From NCBI RefSeq assembly GCF_009914755.1, contig NC_060927.1: a DNA stretch of 64,000 bases. One strand, given 5' to 3'. This stretch comes from the human T2T-CHM13v2.0 reference genome, Homo sapiens. The translations under genes were made by a program, and so were the position numbers. Shown in pieces: positions 28,586-42,357 of the stretch. Under the pieces are notes generated by a model. It saw only the letters and a list, made by a program, of their open reading frames with translations. It did no database searches and was not told the origin of the DNA. Every line of letters begins with the position of its first letter. Positions within the stretch are counted from its first letter, which is position 1.

Positions 28586-30240
28586 TGTGTCTGGAACTGG
28601 TGGGTTCTTGGTCTCACTTCAAGAATGAAGCCGCGGACCCTCGCGGTGAGTGTTATAATTCTTAAAGATGGTGTGTCCGGAGTTTGTTCCTTCTGATGTT
28701 TGGACGTGTTTGGAGTTTCTTCCTTCTGGTGGGTTTGTGGTCTCGCTGGCTTCAGGAGTGAAGCTGCAGACCTTTGCAGTGAGTGTTACAGTTCTTAAGC
28801 CAGCGCGTCTGGAGTTGTTCATTCCTCCCGGTGGGTTTGTGGTCTCGCTGGCCTCAGAAGTGAAGCTGCAGACCTTTGCGGTGAGTGTTACAGCTCATTA
28901 AGGCAGTGTGGACCCAAAGAGTGAGCAGCAACAAGATTTATTGCAAAGAGCAAAAGAGCAAAGCTTCCACAGTGTGGAAGGGGACCCGAGCAGGTTGCCA
29001 CTGCTGGCTCAGGCAGACTGCTTTTATTCCCTTATCTGACCCCACCCACATCCTGCTGATTGGTCCATTTTACAGAGAGCTGATTGGTCCATTTTGACAG
29101 GGTGCTGATTGGTGCATTTACAAATCTTGAGCTAGATACAGAGTGCTGATTGGTGCATTTACAATCCTCCAGCTAGACATAAAAGTTCTCCACCAGATTA
29201 GCTAGACACAGAGCACTGATTAGTGCATTTACAAACCTTTAGCTAGACACAGAGTGCTGATTGGTGCGTTTACAAACTTGGAGCTAGACACAGAGTGCTG
29301 ATTGGTGCATTTACAATCCTCCAGCTAGACATAAAAATTCTCCAAGTCCCCACCAGATTAGCTAGACACAGAGCACTGACTGGTGCATTTACAAACCTTT
29401 AGCTAGACACAGAGTGCTGATTGGTGCATTTACAATCATCTAGCTAGACATAAAAGTTCTCCAAGTCCCCACCAGATTACCTAGATACAGAGTGTTGATT
29501 GGTGCATCCACAAACCCCAAGCTAGACACAGAGTGCTGATTGGTGCATTTACAATCCTCTAGCTAGACATAAAAGTTCTCCAAGTCCCCACCTGACTTAA
29601 GGAGCCCAGCTGGCTTTGCCTAGTGGATCCCACGTAAGGGCCGTGGGCGGAGCTGCCCACCAGTCCCGCACCACGTGCCCACACTCCTTAGCCCTTGGGC
29701 GGTCGATGGGACCGGGTGCCACAGAGCAGGGGGCAGCACCTGTCAGGGAGGCTCGGGCTGCACAGGAGCCCACAGTGGGGAGGGGGGCAGGCTCGGGCAT
29801 GGCAGGCTGCAGGTCCTGAGCCCTGCCCCACCAGGAGGCGGCTGAGGTCTGGCAAGAATTTGAGCGTGGTGCAGGCAGGCCGGCAGTGCTGGGGGACCTA
29901 GTGCACCCTCCATGGCTGCTGGCCTGGGTGCTAATCCCTTCACTGCCTAGGGCCGGTGGCGCCGGCTGCCTGCTCCGAGTGCGGGGCCTGCCAAGCTCGT
30001 GCCCACCCGGAACTAGTGCTGGCCTGCAAGCGCCATGCGCAGCCCCAGTTCCTGCCCACGCCTCTCCCTCCACACCTCCCTGCAAGGAGAAGGAGCCGGC
30101 TCCAGCCTCAGCCAGCCCAGAGAGGGGCTCCCACAGTGCAGCAGTGGGCTGAAGGGCTCCTCAAGCACGGCCAGAGTGGGTGCTGAGGCTGAGGAGGCGC
30201 TGAGAGCAAGCAAGGGCTGCCAGCATGCTGTCACCTCTCA
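28586..30240 (-). mobile_element. LTR12C (ERV9) solo LTR nested in the provirus
   Basis: Runs from tgtgtctggaactggtgggttcttgg to gccagcatgctgtcacctctca, with an expanded gctgattggtgcatttaca/agctagacac array. TSD TTAG/TTAG. Confidence 0.96.
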
Positions 30241-31048
30241 TTAGAATGATAGAACTTTCTGTAATATAAACATTGTATTAATGAATGCTTGTGCTGTTAA
30301 GTTACAGGGCTTTGACTCTTGGGTCTGAAGAAGGCACCAGCCCCTGCTAAATTCTGAGCATTGACACCAGTGGAAGCCTCATCCTCAGACTTGGAAGAAG
30401 GTAACAATACAAATGAACTGTTTTTGTGAGACACAGGCCAGAAATTAAAACTATTCAATCCCTCTAGGCCCAGAGACTATTGCAGAAGTGGTAGGTGTGT
30501 GAAGTTATAAGGGCTGATTTTGAGGCATAAGATTAATTCAGAGTTTTTCTATAAATTAAACATTAATATCAAAAGCTCCCTGATGCAAGGCCAGCATCTG
30601 GGCCCATGTGTTGGAATAACAGGGTTTTCTTGGAACATTTATCTGTTCTTTAATAGAAAATTGGAAACAATTATTAAAAGTTTATGGAAACCTTACCTTA
30701 TGGTCAAACTGATTGCAATTAGATTTTTATAAGGTTTTATTAAAATTAGCTTTGACATTAGTAATATACCATACAAAGGTAAAATATCGTTTTCTTTTGA
30801 ATAAAATGTTTGTGTAATACTGAGAGATAAAAGATGATGTTGACCTTCTGAGTACACTGCAGGGAGATAATGGAGTGGAGAGAGAGATTTAGTTAGCCTC
30901 ATGCTGTCTTTATTAGGTCTTACTGTTTGGGAAACTAAATCTATCAAAAAGTAAACGTCTTTATTTTATCACCTCCGCTAAATGAATGACTATTTTTACA
31001 GTGACTTGTGATATTATTTTGTGCCTAAAACTTCGCTATTTGGCAAAC

Positions 31049-31154
31049 TTTTTTTTTTCTTTTGAGACGGAGTCTTGCTCTTTCACCCAGGCTGAAGTGC
31101 AGTGGCGCCATCTCAGCTCACTGCAAGCTCCACCTCCCGGGTTCACACCATTCT
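31049..31154 (-). mobile_element. 5'-truncated AluY-like fragment
   Basis: Only the 3' ~105 bp is present, with Y-type ctgcaagctccacctcccgggttcacaccattct. TSD-like tatt[t/c]ggca[a/g]actt. Confidence 0.85.
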
Positions 31155-32447
31155 TCTGGATATTCGGCAGACTTCTAAGAGCAAACTTTCAAGTTCTAAA
31201 TTCAGTCTCTTGACCTTAAACTAACTTTCTTGGATATTAGGTTCCCTGAAGTCTGAGAGAGACATATTAGGCTGATTTGTTACGTTAGGATTATGCAAGA
31301 AGCATTGCCAAATCTGAGATGATGTTTAACTTCCCTTGGGTTATATTTATATAGATGTATTGTTAGTATGTGTTCCAGGATTGTATGAGAGTCCTAAAAT
31401 TCTGATACGTCTTAATATATGTTGTCAGTAGTAATTATTATTATATTAAGTTGTTTTATGCCACAGAAATGATTAAGTTTCCTTGTCAACTGTGTCTTTA
31501 ACTATGGCTGTCTGAAGACTTTTGTCATCCACAATTGATGTTTTGCTGTGATCCTTCTCAAAAGAAAAAAAGTGACTTACAATCAGCTATAGTCCAAAGC
31601 TTCCTTCTTTGGAGGAGTTCATGAAAAAGACTCTTGAATGCAGGTTTCTGATAACTTTGGAGATTGTGCCACTAGATTAGAGAGAAAATTTCCAGGGCAC
31701 TAATTGAAAGGCTGATGTGCTCATAAAGATTCCCAACCCAATACGAAGCAGAGCAGGAGGTGATTGCATGGACTGAACTAATGCAGGACAGAAAGAACTT
31801 TTTATGGCTTTTGTTGTTTGAAATATTGCTGATTCTTTTGGTTTTGTTTTTCAGAGTCTGGAGAATCTTTTTCTTTTGAGCTATTTATTTATAGCCTTTA
31901 AGTGTATTTATAGTCTTAAAGTATATATACTTCAAGGGTATTGAATGGAGTATGCTTTTATAAACAGAATTTGAGAGATATTTCTCTGCTTAATTTATCC
32001 AGAATATGGAAACTCTTTGTGAATATTCTTAATTCATGGTGTTTGTTTGCACACAATTAATAACATGTTTTCTTTTGTAATGGGACACAGTTGGAGTAAC
32101 TGGTTATCTTCTCAAGGCTTTGACTGAAATGGCCTTGTGAGATTCCAGCAAAGCCAATTTGGGAGTCTATATGGACAATGATTCTTGTTGCACTTTGTGG
32201 GTTATCAGGCCAAGTATATGGAACTGAAGCTTATTTTGCAGGTAGAGTGGTCCTGCTGTGATTGTCTTTGGTGGAAGTGGGGAACTGGAGAGAGAAAGAT
32301 TGAGTGTCAGAAGAAAACTCTATATTAGATTAACCTTTGATTCCTGGGTGGCCACTGCCTAGGACACCCATCCTCAGAATGAAACAGCCAGAAATACTCA
32401 GACCAGATTCCTCATGATTGAGGGATTGATAAGTAGAAAGGGGAGAC

Positions 32448-32886
32448 TGAAACCAGCCCAATTGCCCCACAGACCATTATTTTTGATAACTATAGAAATT
32501 GATCCTTCTGGGCTTAAAGCTTGAAATTTACATCTGTTTTATGTGAGTTCCTTCCTCAGGAAAGGAACTTCAGGCCTCTCAAAAAAGTATCAAAGAACTA
32601 AAACTCACCAGATCACTACACCAGATAGTACCCCTCATTCTCATGATTGCTTCCTTGCCCCCCCCCACCCCGAGTTCCTGTTTTCTTACACATAGTTACA
32701 TTTCTTCCCCGCTATATAAAGCCCCAGTTTTAGTAGGTCAGGGAGATGGATTTGAGGCTGAGCTCCCATCTCCTGGACTGCAGCACCCAGTTAAAGACTT
32801 CTTCCTTGGCAGTACTCATCTCAGTCATTGGCTTTCTGTGTGGCAAACAACAGGACCTACACCAAACCCTTGGTGTTTTGGTAACC
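32448..32886 (+). mobile_element. 3' LTR of the MER66-like provirus
   Basis: tgaaaccagcccaattgcccc...gctatataaagcc...cccttggtgttttggtaacc, preceded by the polypurine tract. Confidence 0.87.
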
Positions 32887-33158
32887 AATTGAGGGACCTG
32901 ATATCAGTGAGCAGCTTCCCCTCCAACTCAGCTTCCCACCTTAGGGACCCAGGCACCAGGTTGGATGCTTCCACATCCTCCCACCCTATATCCAGTCATT
33001 GGCTCCTGTTTATTTTACCTCTTAAAGTACTTCCCAAGTGTATCCGTATCTCATAACCCCAACCACAAACCACTACCCAACTCCCATGACTGCCATCCCT
33101 TGCTGTAAAGCAGCTGAGCCTTCCACTGGCCTCTCCACCCACATTGCTGCTGTGGTCT

Positions 33159-34109
33159 TGTATCTGGAATTGGTTCCTTTCAGTGGGTTCTTGGTCTCAC
33201 TGACTTCAAGAATGAAGCCACAGACACTTGCAGTGAGTGTTACAGTTCTTAAAGACGGTGTGTCCAGAGTTTGTTCCTTCAGGTGTTCAGATGTGTCCGG
33301 GGTTTCTTCCTTGCAGTGGGTTCTTGGTCTCGCTTGACTTTAGGAGTCAAGACACAGACCTTCGCAGTGAGTGTTACAGCTCTTAAAGCTGGCGCATTGG
33401 GAGTTGTTTGTTCCTCCCGGTGGGTTCATGGTCTCGCTGACTTCAAGAGTGAAGCTGCAGACCTTCACAGTGAGTGTTACAGCTCATAAAGGTAGTGCAG
33501 ACCCAAAGAGTGAGCAGCAGCAAGATTTATTGTGAAGAGCAAAAGAACAAAGCTTCCGCAGAGCGGAAGGGGATCCCAACGGGTTGTCACTGCTGGCTTG
33601 GATGGTCAGCTTTTATTCCCTTATTTGGCCCTGCCCACATCCTGCTGATTGGTCCATTTTACAGAGCACTGATTGGTCCATTTTACCTAGTGCTGATTGG
33701 TCTGTTTTTACAGAGTGCTGATTGGTGCATTTACAAACCTTTAGCTAGACACAGAGTGCTGATTCGTGCATTTTTACAGAGTGCTGACTGGTGCGTTTAC
33801 AAATCTTTAGCTAGACACAGTGCTGATTGGTGCATTTTTACAGAGTGCTGATTGGTGCATTTACAAACCTTTAGCTAGACACAGAACACTTATTGGAGCA
33901 TTTTTACAGAGTGCTGATTGGTGCATTTACAAACCTTTAGCTAAGCACAGAGCACTAATTGGTGTGTTTTTACAGAGTGCTGATTGGTGCATTTACAAAC
34001 GTTTAGCTAGACACAGAGCGCTGATTGGTGTGTTTACAATCCTTTAGCTAGACAGAAAAGTTCTCCAAGTTCCCACCCGACCCGGAAGCGCAGTCAGCTT
34101 CACCTCTCA
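33159..34109 (-). mobile_element. LTR12-family solo LTR lacking the GC-rich C-type extension (LTR12/LTR12_/LTR12D-like), inserted into an L2 fragment
   Basis: Runs from tgtatctggaattggttcc to gcttcacctctca, with a CCAAT repeat array. TSD-like GTCT/GTCC. L2-like sequence on both flanks. Confidence 0.92.
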
Positions 34110-35401
34110 GTCCTTTTAAAATGCCACTCTGGCCATGTCATGCCACTACTTTCTCTGGCACCCAAGGCCCTTTAGGATGCAGCCTCTCACCCTCCAGCCT
34201 CCCCGCCCATGCTCCAGACCCACCAGTCACCTAGCTCCTCTCTGTTTTCCCACCTCTGTGCCTTTGCACATGCTCTTCCTTCTGCCTGTGGTCCCTTTCC
34301 ACTGTCTTTAGTGGGAAAATTCCTGCACATTTTCAAGCCCCCAGTTCAAATGCACTTTCTCTGTGAACCTCCCCATTGGTGTCGCCTGGCAGAGGGACTG
34401 AGCTCCACCAACACCCCCAGCACATCTTCACTGTAGCACCCGGCATGCAGTATCAGCATCTGCTTCTGTGCCCGCTGCCTCCAGCGCTCTGCCCAGAGAT
34501 ACATTGCACGTTGAGATCCTTTTCCCACACTCACATGCACAGTGGATACAAAGGTTTCCCAAACATCATTTTCCCCTGCTGCTTGCTATGACCACTAATA
34601 TCTTCTATTATAGTCTATTCTGTTTCTTTTTTAAAAAACATGTTAGTCCATCCATTAAATTCATTTTGCTACAGTTTGAAAAACATTGCCCTGGAACCTC
34701 CTGTAGGGCGGCAGGGACTGTATCTGTAATTATCTCTCCATCTCCCAGAGCTTAGGACAGTAATAAATATTTGTTCTAATAAATGAGTAAATAAATGAGA
34801 GAGTGATTATTTAAATGTGAATGTATTATTTAAACAATTATTTAAATGTGGTTTGATGTAAGGGAATACAATGACAAGTGAGTAGGTGAATGAATGAGTG
34901 AGTGAATGAATAAATGAAGAGACTGGTTATGTTGTGGGGACTGGCAGCATAAGTCAGTGGGTTGCCTCAGGCCCTGTACCCCTAGTGCACGGTTTCTCCA
35001 AGTGTGGTTCCTGGACTTCCCCCATCAGAATGTCCTGGAGAGTATAGTGAAAACACTGGTTGCCTGCTACCCACCTCAGGCCTACTGAATCAGACTTTCT
35101 GAGTGGGGCACAGAAGTCTTCATTTTTTGAAGCTGCTCAGGTGATTTGGGGGTGTGTTAATGTCTGAATGGCTGCCCCAGGACCTCCCTAAGCTGCTGTT
35201 GGTGGGGGAATGGTAAGAGGAGCAGAGCAGCAACAACAAAGACAGGTAACAGCCCCCCACATCCTCCCTTCCTCCCTGATCTGCTTCAGAAGGAAATGGA
35301 CTTCGGGTGAGCCTGCTCCTCCTCCACCTCGCCCTGCGCCCAGCAGTGAGAGGACACCAGAGCCCCGTCCAGCACTGCTGACAGAAGAGCAGAAGGCAGT
35401 G

Positions 35402-35415
35402 ATTGCCATGGCAAC
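35402..35415. promoter_or_regulatory. RFX X-box motif
   Basis: ATTGCCATGGCAAC is a 13/14 match to the palindromic X-box GTTGCCATGGCAAC, in apparently non-repetitive sequence. Confidence 0.5.
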
Positions 35416-36084
35416 GCATTAAGAGATGCGGAGCCACCTCCAGTTTTAGCATCTGGAAAGGGGTCAAGTCTTTGGGGCATAGAGTGGGAAGGGAAATTCA
35501 CTCCCCCAGAGTCTTCATAGCTAACAAAGCCATGGCACAGTGCATGTTACAAAGCCCTTTCACACAAGAAAACTAGGAAGTGGTATCCCCATTTTACAGA
35601 TCAGAAAACTAGGGTGGGAATCTCCTGCCAAGCCAGTCAGTGGCAGAGCTAGTGTTTGAATCCAGCCTTCCTGATTTCAAAGTCGATACTCTTGCTTCTC
35701 TAATAGTTGCCTGTCTTGGGTAAATGACAGACAAGGACCCAGAGACCCCAGAGTCCTGCTGGTGTGAGGGTTTGGGAGCACATGTGTTGGCCCACTCTAC
35801 TTGACACAATCCATGGCCCACTACACTTGGCACCTATCTGGCAAGGCTCACACCTGCACAGATACACAAGCAGAAAAGCTTCCAAAATTGTTCATGCATG
35901 CATGCATGTTGGACATGTAGACACATCCAAAGGAAGTGTACACACAAACAGCCTCACATGCACACACGGATGCCTGAACACACATATTCACCAATATAGA
36001 CACATATGTCTGCAAACACATACGCAGGCACACACTGGTATATACATGGAAGCAGATGTAAAATTAATTGTCTTCCTGGTCCTG

Positions 36085-36882
<798 letters not shown>

Positions 36883-36989
36883 ACATCCCCAAACTGATAC
36901 ATTCCCAAAGGGTAATTTATCATGGGAGAAGGCCCTAGCTATGTGTTTACCTGGTCACATGGTTTTGTAAAACTCACAAAAGTAAAAAT

Positions 36990-37420
36990 CTTTAAAATAA
37001 TAGCTTGATTGAAATATAATTCACTTACTATAAGATTCACCCTTTCGACGTGTACAATGCAGTGATTTTTAGTATATTCACAAAGTTGTACAACCATCAC
37101 CATTATCTAAGTCTAGAACACTTTATTCATTCCTAAAAATCAACCATTAGCAGTAACTCCCCATTTCCTTCCTCCCTGGCAAACACTAGTCTTACTTTCT
37201 GACTCAATACATTTGCCGGTTCTGGGCATTTCGTATGAATGGAATCATACAGTTTGTGGCCTTTTGTGTCTGTCTCCTTTCATTTCACATATGTTTTCAA
37301 GATTCATATGTGTAGTAGCAGGTATCAGTGCTTCATTCCTTTTTTGTAGCCAAAGAATAATCCATAGTTTGGATATGCCACATTTTGTTTGTCCATGCAT
37401 CAAATGATGAACATTTAGGA
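36990..37420 (-). mobile_element. L1MB/ME 3' end fragment
   Basis: gattgaaatataattcac...tttagtatattcacaaagttgtacaaccatcacc...gaatggaatcatacag. Confidence 0.85.
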
Positions 37421-37597
37421 CAAGCAACACATTCTATCCGCAACTGGTTAAGACTCCTAGCTCATTCTACTCACACTTCCCCTCATGACAGGTGGCATTT
37501 GGGGAGAGTTGACTTGGTGATACATTTAGTTTGAGATCAGAGCATATATGGATGTGGTTCACCACCTCTTCCATATATAGGTTATTATTATTCTGGC

Positions 37598-38136
37598 TCC
37601 TATGGTTTGAATATTTGTCCCCTCCAAAACTTGTAGTAAAACTTAATCCCTAATGTGGCAATATTAAAAAGTAGAACCTGTAAGAGGTGATTGGGTCATG
37701 AGGGCTCTGCGATGGGTTATTATGGGGGTGGGACCGGTGGTTTTCTAAGAAGAGGAAGCAAGACTTGAACTGGCACACTCAGCCCTTTTGTCATGTAATT
37801 AAAAAGCGGAACCTGTAAGAGGTGATTGGGTCATGAGGGCTCTGCCCTCATGAATGGATTAATCCATTCAGGGATTAGTGGATTAATGGGTTATCCTGGG
37901 AGTGGGGCCGGTGGTTTTCTAAGAAGAGGAAGAAAAACTTGAACTGGCACACTCAGCCCTTTTGCCATGTAATGCCCTGAGCCACTTTGGGACTCTGCAG
38001 AGAGTCCCCAGCAGCAAGAAGCCCCTCACCAAAGGCAGGCCCTCAACCTTGAACTTCTCAGCCTCCATAAATGTAAGAAATAAATGATTTTTCTTTCAGG
38101 TATTGTGTGATAAACAACACAAAATAGACTAAGACA
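37598..38136 (+). mobile_element. MaLR solo LTR (MSTD/MSTC-like) with an internal tandem duplication
   Basis: ctatggtttgaatatttgtcccctccaaaact...gactaagaca. The block taaaaag..gaacctgtaagaggtgattggg...gcccttttg.catgtaat occurs twice. Confidence 0.85.
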
Positions 38137-38609
38137 CTGACATAGCAATGACCTCCAGAATAGCCCTATTGCCCCCATGCCAACTTGCCCTGCATCATGA
38201 CATGAAGGAGTGAGGCCTATGGCTGTACCAAAATATCTCAGTGTGTGGTCTGGTGCCCAGTACCAGAAAGGTGTGGGCCAAAGAAGAGAAACAGTGTTGG
38301 AAATGGACAGAGCCAGAAATGGAAATGGAAAATTATTCAGATCATCACAGACAGTATTATAACTGGATTCAGTTCTCACTGACACCTAATCGAAAAATTT
38401 TTTTTTTCCATTTGGGCATATGCTTGATAATGCAGCATATCCCTAATAAGGTAACATATAGCATTATAAATATACCATACATTTTTCTTTTTGTGATGGA
38501 AAACATACAAAATTGAATTTATCAGAATTCTTGAGTCTGTAGGAGCCAAACCCAAGGCTGTGCTGCAAGAAGCAAGTATGTATATGAAGTTACATCTTGT
38601 GCATCCTAA

Positions 38610-38950
38610 CTCGTGGTGAAAAAACGAATTTCAGTCGACCGTGTCAGAGGAAAGGCTGACTTATCATTCTTTTCTCTATTAGAAAAGATTATTAAAAATC
38701 ATAAACATATGAAAAGTATATAGCAAAACTACCATGAAATGCATTTCAGAGGGTATCAGGAAGTTAATTAACACATATGTCATTTTTCTAGATTTTGCAG
38801 TGTTTCTGACCCTTGTCAATTTTTTAAAATTTTGTAACATTATGATTTCTTTTTAAATTCTAAATATGCATATGCATACCTAAATTAGGATTGATAATTT
38901 TGAAATCTTTTCCTTAAAGAGGGTCCCCCAAATTATATCAACTGAACCCC
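38610..38950 (+). mobile_element. Ancient hAT DNA-transposon fossil (Tip100/Arthur1-like) with transposase C-terminal remnant
   Basis: About 38620-38660 translates as KNEFQSTVSEERLT, like the hAT dimerisation-domain motif R-S-T-M-x-E-E-R-L, followed by a stop. Confidence 0.55.
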
Positions 38951-39584
38951 CTTCACTGCAAAATGTGGCTCCCTCCTGATACACACACCAGTGCATGCAC
39001 ACACATACCTATGCACCCCCAAGAGCCGACGCTGCCCAATGTCAGGGATGGAAGAGGAATCACAACTCTGCCCTTAGGCGGTGAGTGACTTCTTTGGTCA
39101 TAAATAGAATCCCACCCTTGAGAAACCGCAGAGCAGCTCAGAGACACACCCTACCACTGGCTCATCTTGGACAAACAACACAATTGTTTTTGCAGGCTGT
39201 GGTGCTCTGCCCTACCCAGACACCTCCCATCCATAAGGCCCAGCCCTTCCCTCTCCCTCCGTCCTGGCTTTTGGAAATCTTCAGCAGCCCTGTCTGCCTC
39301 CAGAATGATCTCTTCAGCTACTCCATACTCAGGGTATAAATCGAGGAAGAAGAACTCTTTTCAGGGGAATATTTGTGAAAGCAATGCTTATCCCTAAGGA
39401 ATAAGCCACTGATGGTGGAGTTTTGTCATGGTGAAGGATGACAAATGGAAATATTTGTGGGAACTGCAGCCTTCCCACCTCACATATTTTGGGGGGCTCC
39501 TTCTCTCTCTCTCATTTTCTGTGTGCGTTTTGACTTCACTCTTCTTTCTGCTTCTGGCTGCTTGTATCTGCTTGGCCTCTACAC

Positions 39585-40152
39585 CACAGGTCAGCACACT
39601 TTTTCTAGAAAGGGCCAGACTGTAAGTATTTTAGGTTTTATAGGTGACACAGTCCCTGTTGCAACTACTCATCTCTGCCACAGAGTGAAATCAACCCTAG
39701 ACAACACTCAAACAAATGAGTTAAATCAACCCTGGACAACACTCAGACAAATGAGTGAAATCAACCCTAGACAACACTCAGACAAATGAGTGAAATCAAC
39801 CCTAGACAACACTCAAATGAGTGAAATCAACCCTAGACAACACTCAGACAAATGAGTGAAATCAACCCTAGACAACACTCAGACAAATGAGTGAAATCAA
39901 CCCTAGACAACACTCAGACAAATGAGTGAAATCAACGCTAGACAACACTCAAATGAGTGAAATCAACCCTAGACAACACTCAAATGAGTGAAATCAACCC
40001 TAGACAACATTCAGACAAATGAGTGAAATCAACCCTAGACAACACTCAGACAAATGAGTGAAATCAACCCTAGACAACACTCAAACAAATGAGCACAGCT
40101 GTGTTCCAAGCAGGCCAGAATCAGCCCACAGGCTGGACTTTGCCAACCCCTG
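39585..40152 (+). mobile_element. MER58A hAT-Charlie MITE carrying an internal minisatellite
   Basis: cacaggtcagcacactttttctagaaagggccagactgtaagtattttagg...gcaactactc...tttgccaacccctg. Flanks ctctacac/ttctagac resemble the 8-bp hAT NTCTAGAN TSD. Confidence 0.85.
39683..40090. repeat. Minisatellite (VNTR candidate): 12 copies of GAGTGAAATCAACCCTAGACAACACTCA(GACA)AAT, nine of 35 bp and three of 31 bp
   Basis: Units counted directly. Starts at 39683, 39718, 39753, 39788, 39819, 39854, 39889, 39924, 39955, 39986, 40021, 40056. Confidence 0.97.
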
Positions 40153-40756
40153 TTCTAGACTTTAAGCTCCCTGAGGGCAGGGCCTGAGTCTGTCTGTTAC
40201 ACCACTGAATTCCTAGGGCCTAACAGCATGCCTGGCATGGATTGAGTGCTCAGCACATATCAGCTGGCTGTGGCTCTCTGTGTCTGTCAGTCTGTCTTGT
40301 TTCCTTCTCTGTCCCCTCCATCCATGAAAACTCACTAAGCCTCAGCTTTTCAGAAATGAACCACCTGCTCCCAAGCGAGTCAGACAATGAAAACAGCCTC
40401 ACACTCTAGCAATCTGCTGCTTGGCGCAGCTCTCACAGGGCATTTAGGCAGTGAAGGGAGCCTAGCACTTAATTCAGCCTCTCTCAAAGGGCTCAACACC
40501 AACCTGGGAGAAGCATGAAGATGGAGAGGCTGAGGGAACCTTTGGAGGGCAGGGCTGGTGTCTCTGCAAGATGGACAGCCGCCTTGCAGGCACACCATGC
40601 TGCTGCTTCCCTTGCACACAGCCCCCAGTCCCTTTCTCCCTTCCTGTCATCCTTCATGCACTCATTCAATATTTACTGAGCTCCAACACTGTGCTAGAAA
40701 ATTAGCCCTAGCACAGACATGGAAATCCCTCCCCAAAATAACTTGTTAACAAATAA

Positions 40757-41130
<374 letters not shown>

Positions 41131-41844
41131 GGCACATTTTTTCTGAGGATAATCACCCTGAGATCTCTCAACAAAGGGAGGCATTAGAAAATGACCAGAG
41201 TCATCCCCAGTGTCATCCATAGGGAGCCCAGAACAACCTCACCCCAGATTCTGCCCCAGAGCAGGAGGCTGTTCCAAGGGCATGGGGTAGTAGGCACATT
41301 AGAGATGGGGACATGAGGGCCAGTGGCAGAGTTGACTGTCAGAATCTCACCACCACGATGTCCAAAGTGAAGCTGAGAATGCTTCAGAGAAGATGATGTG
41401 ATATAGACATGTGTTCTTGATTTTTTGCTATGACTCCAGCGTAGTCAGTTGCCTCTCCTAGAATTCACAGTCCAGGTGCGGCCAGCTGCCATTTTCACTG
41501 CAGTATCAGCTTCACTGGCTCCAGAAGCCACGAGGACAAGGGTTTCGTTTGTCTTTAGTGCTGATCAACACCAGTGGCTCGGTTGATTAGCATAATGACT
41601 GTTAAAAATAAATGAGTTTTCAGAGGTGAAATCAGTGGCTTGTTAGCCAGCTTAATGGATGCTGGAAACAGGCACTTGTTGATAAAATTAGTGGGATTCA
41701 GAATACACAGCTCGGTTAAAATATTTTAGAGGCACTTCCTCCCCTGGCACAAATTAGGTGTAAGAATCCAGCAAGCCCCAGGGATGGCACTTCAGGCTGC
41801 TCCCTGGTAGGTCCTGGGTCCAGCCACTGGTTAAGGGTGATTCT

Positions 41845-42357
<513 letters not shown>

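Noticed and set aside
35290-35306. Possible 17-nt + strand microexon (pyrimidine tract...TGCTTCAG|aaggaaatggacttcgg|GTGAGC)
   Set aside because: The splice-like signals are present, but the length is not frame-preserving and no host gene or partner exons are evident. It is likely chance.
39683-40090. CRISPR-like array of ~35-bp partly palindromic repeats
   Set aside because: The units are head-to-tail with no unique spacers, there are no cas genes, and the array lies inside a mammalian MER58A. It is a minisatellite.
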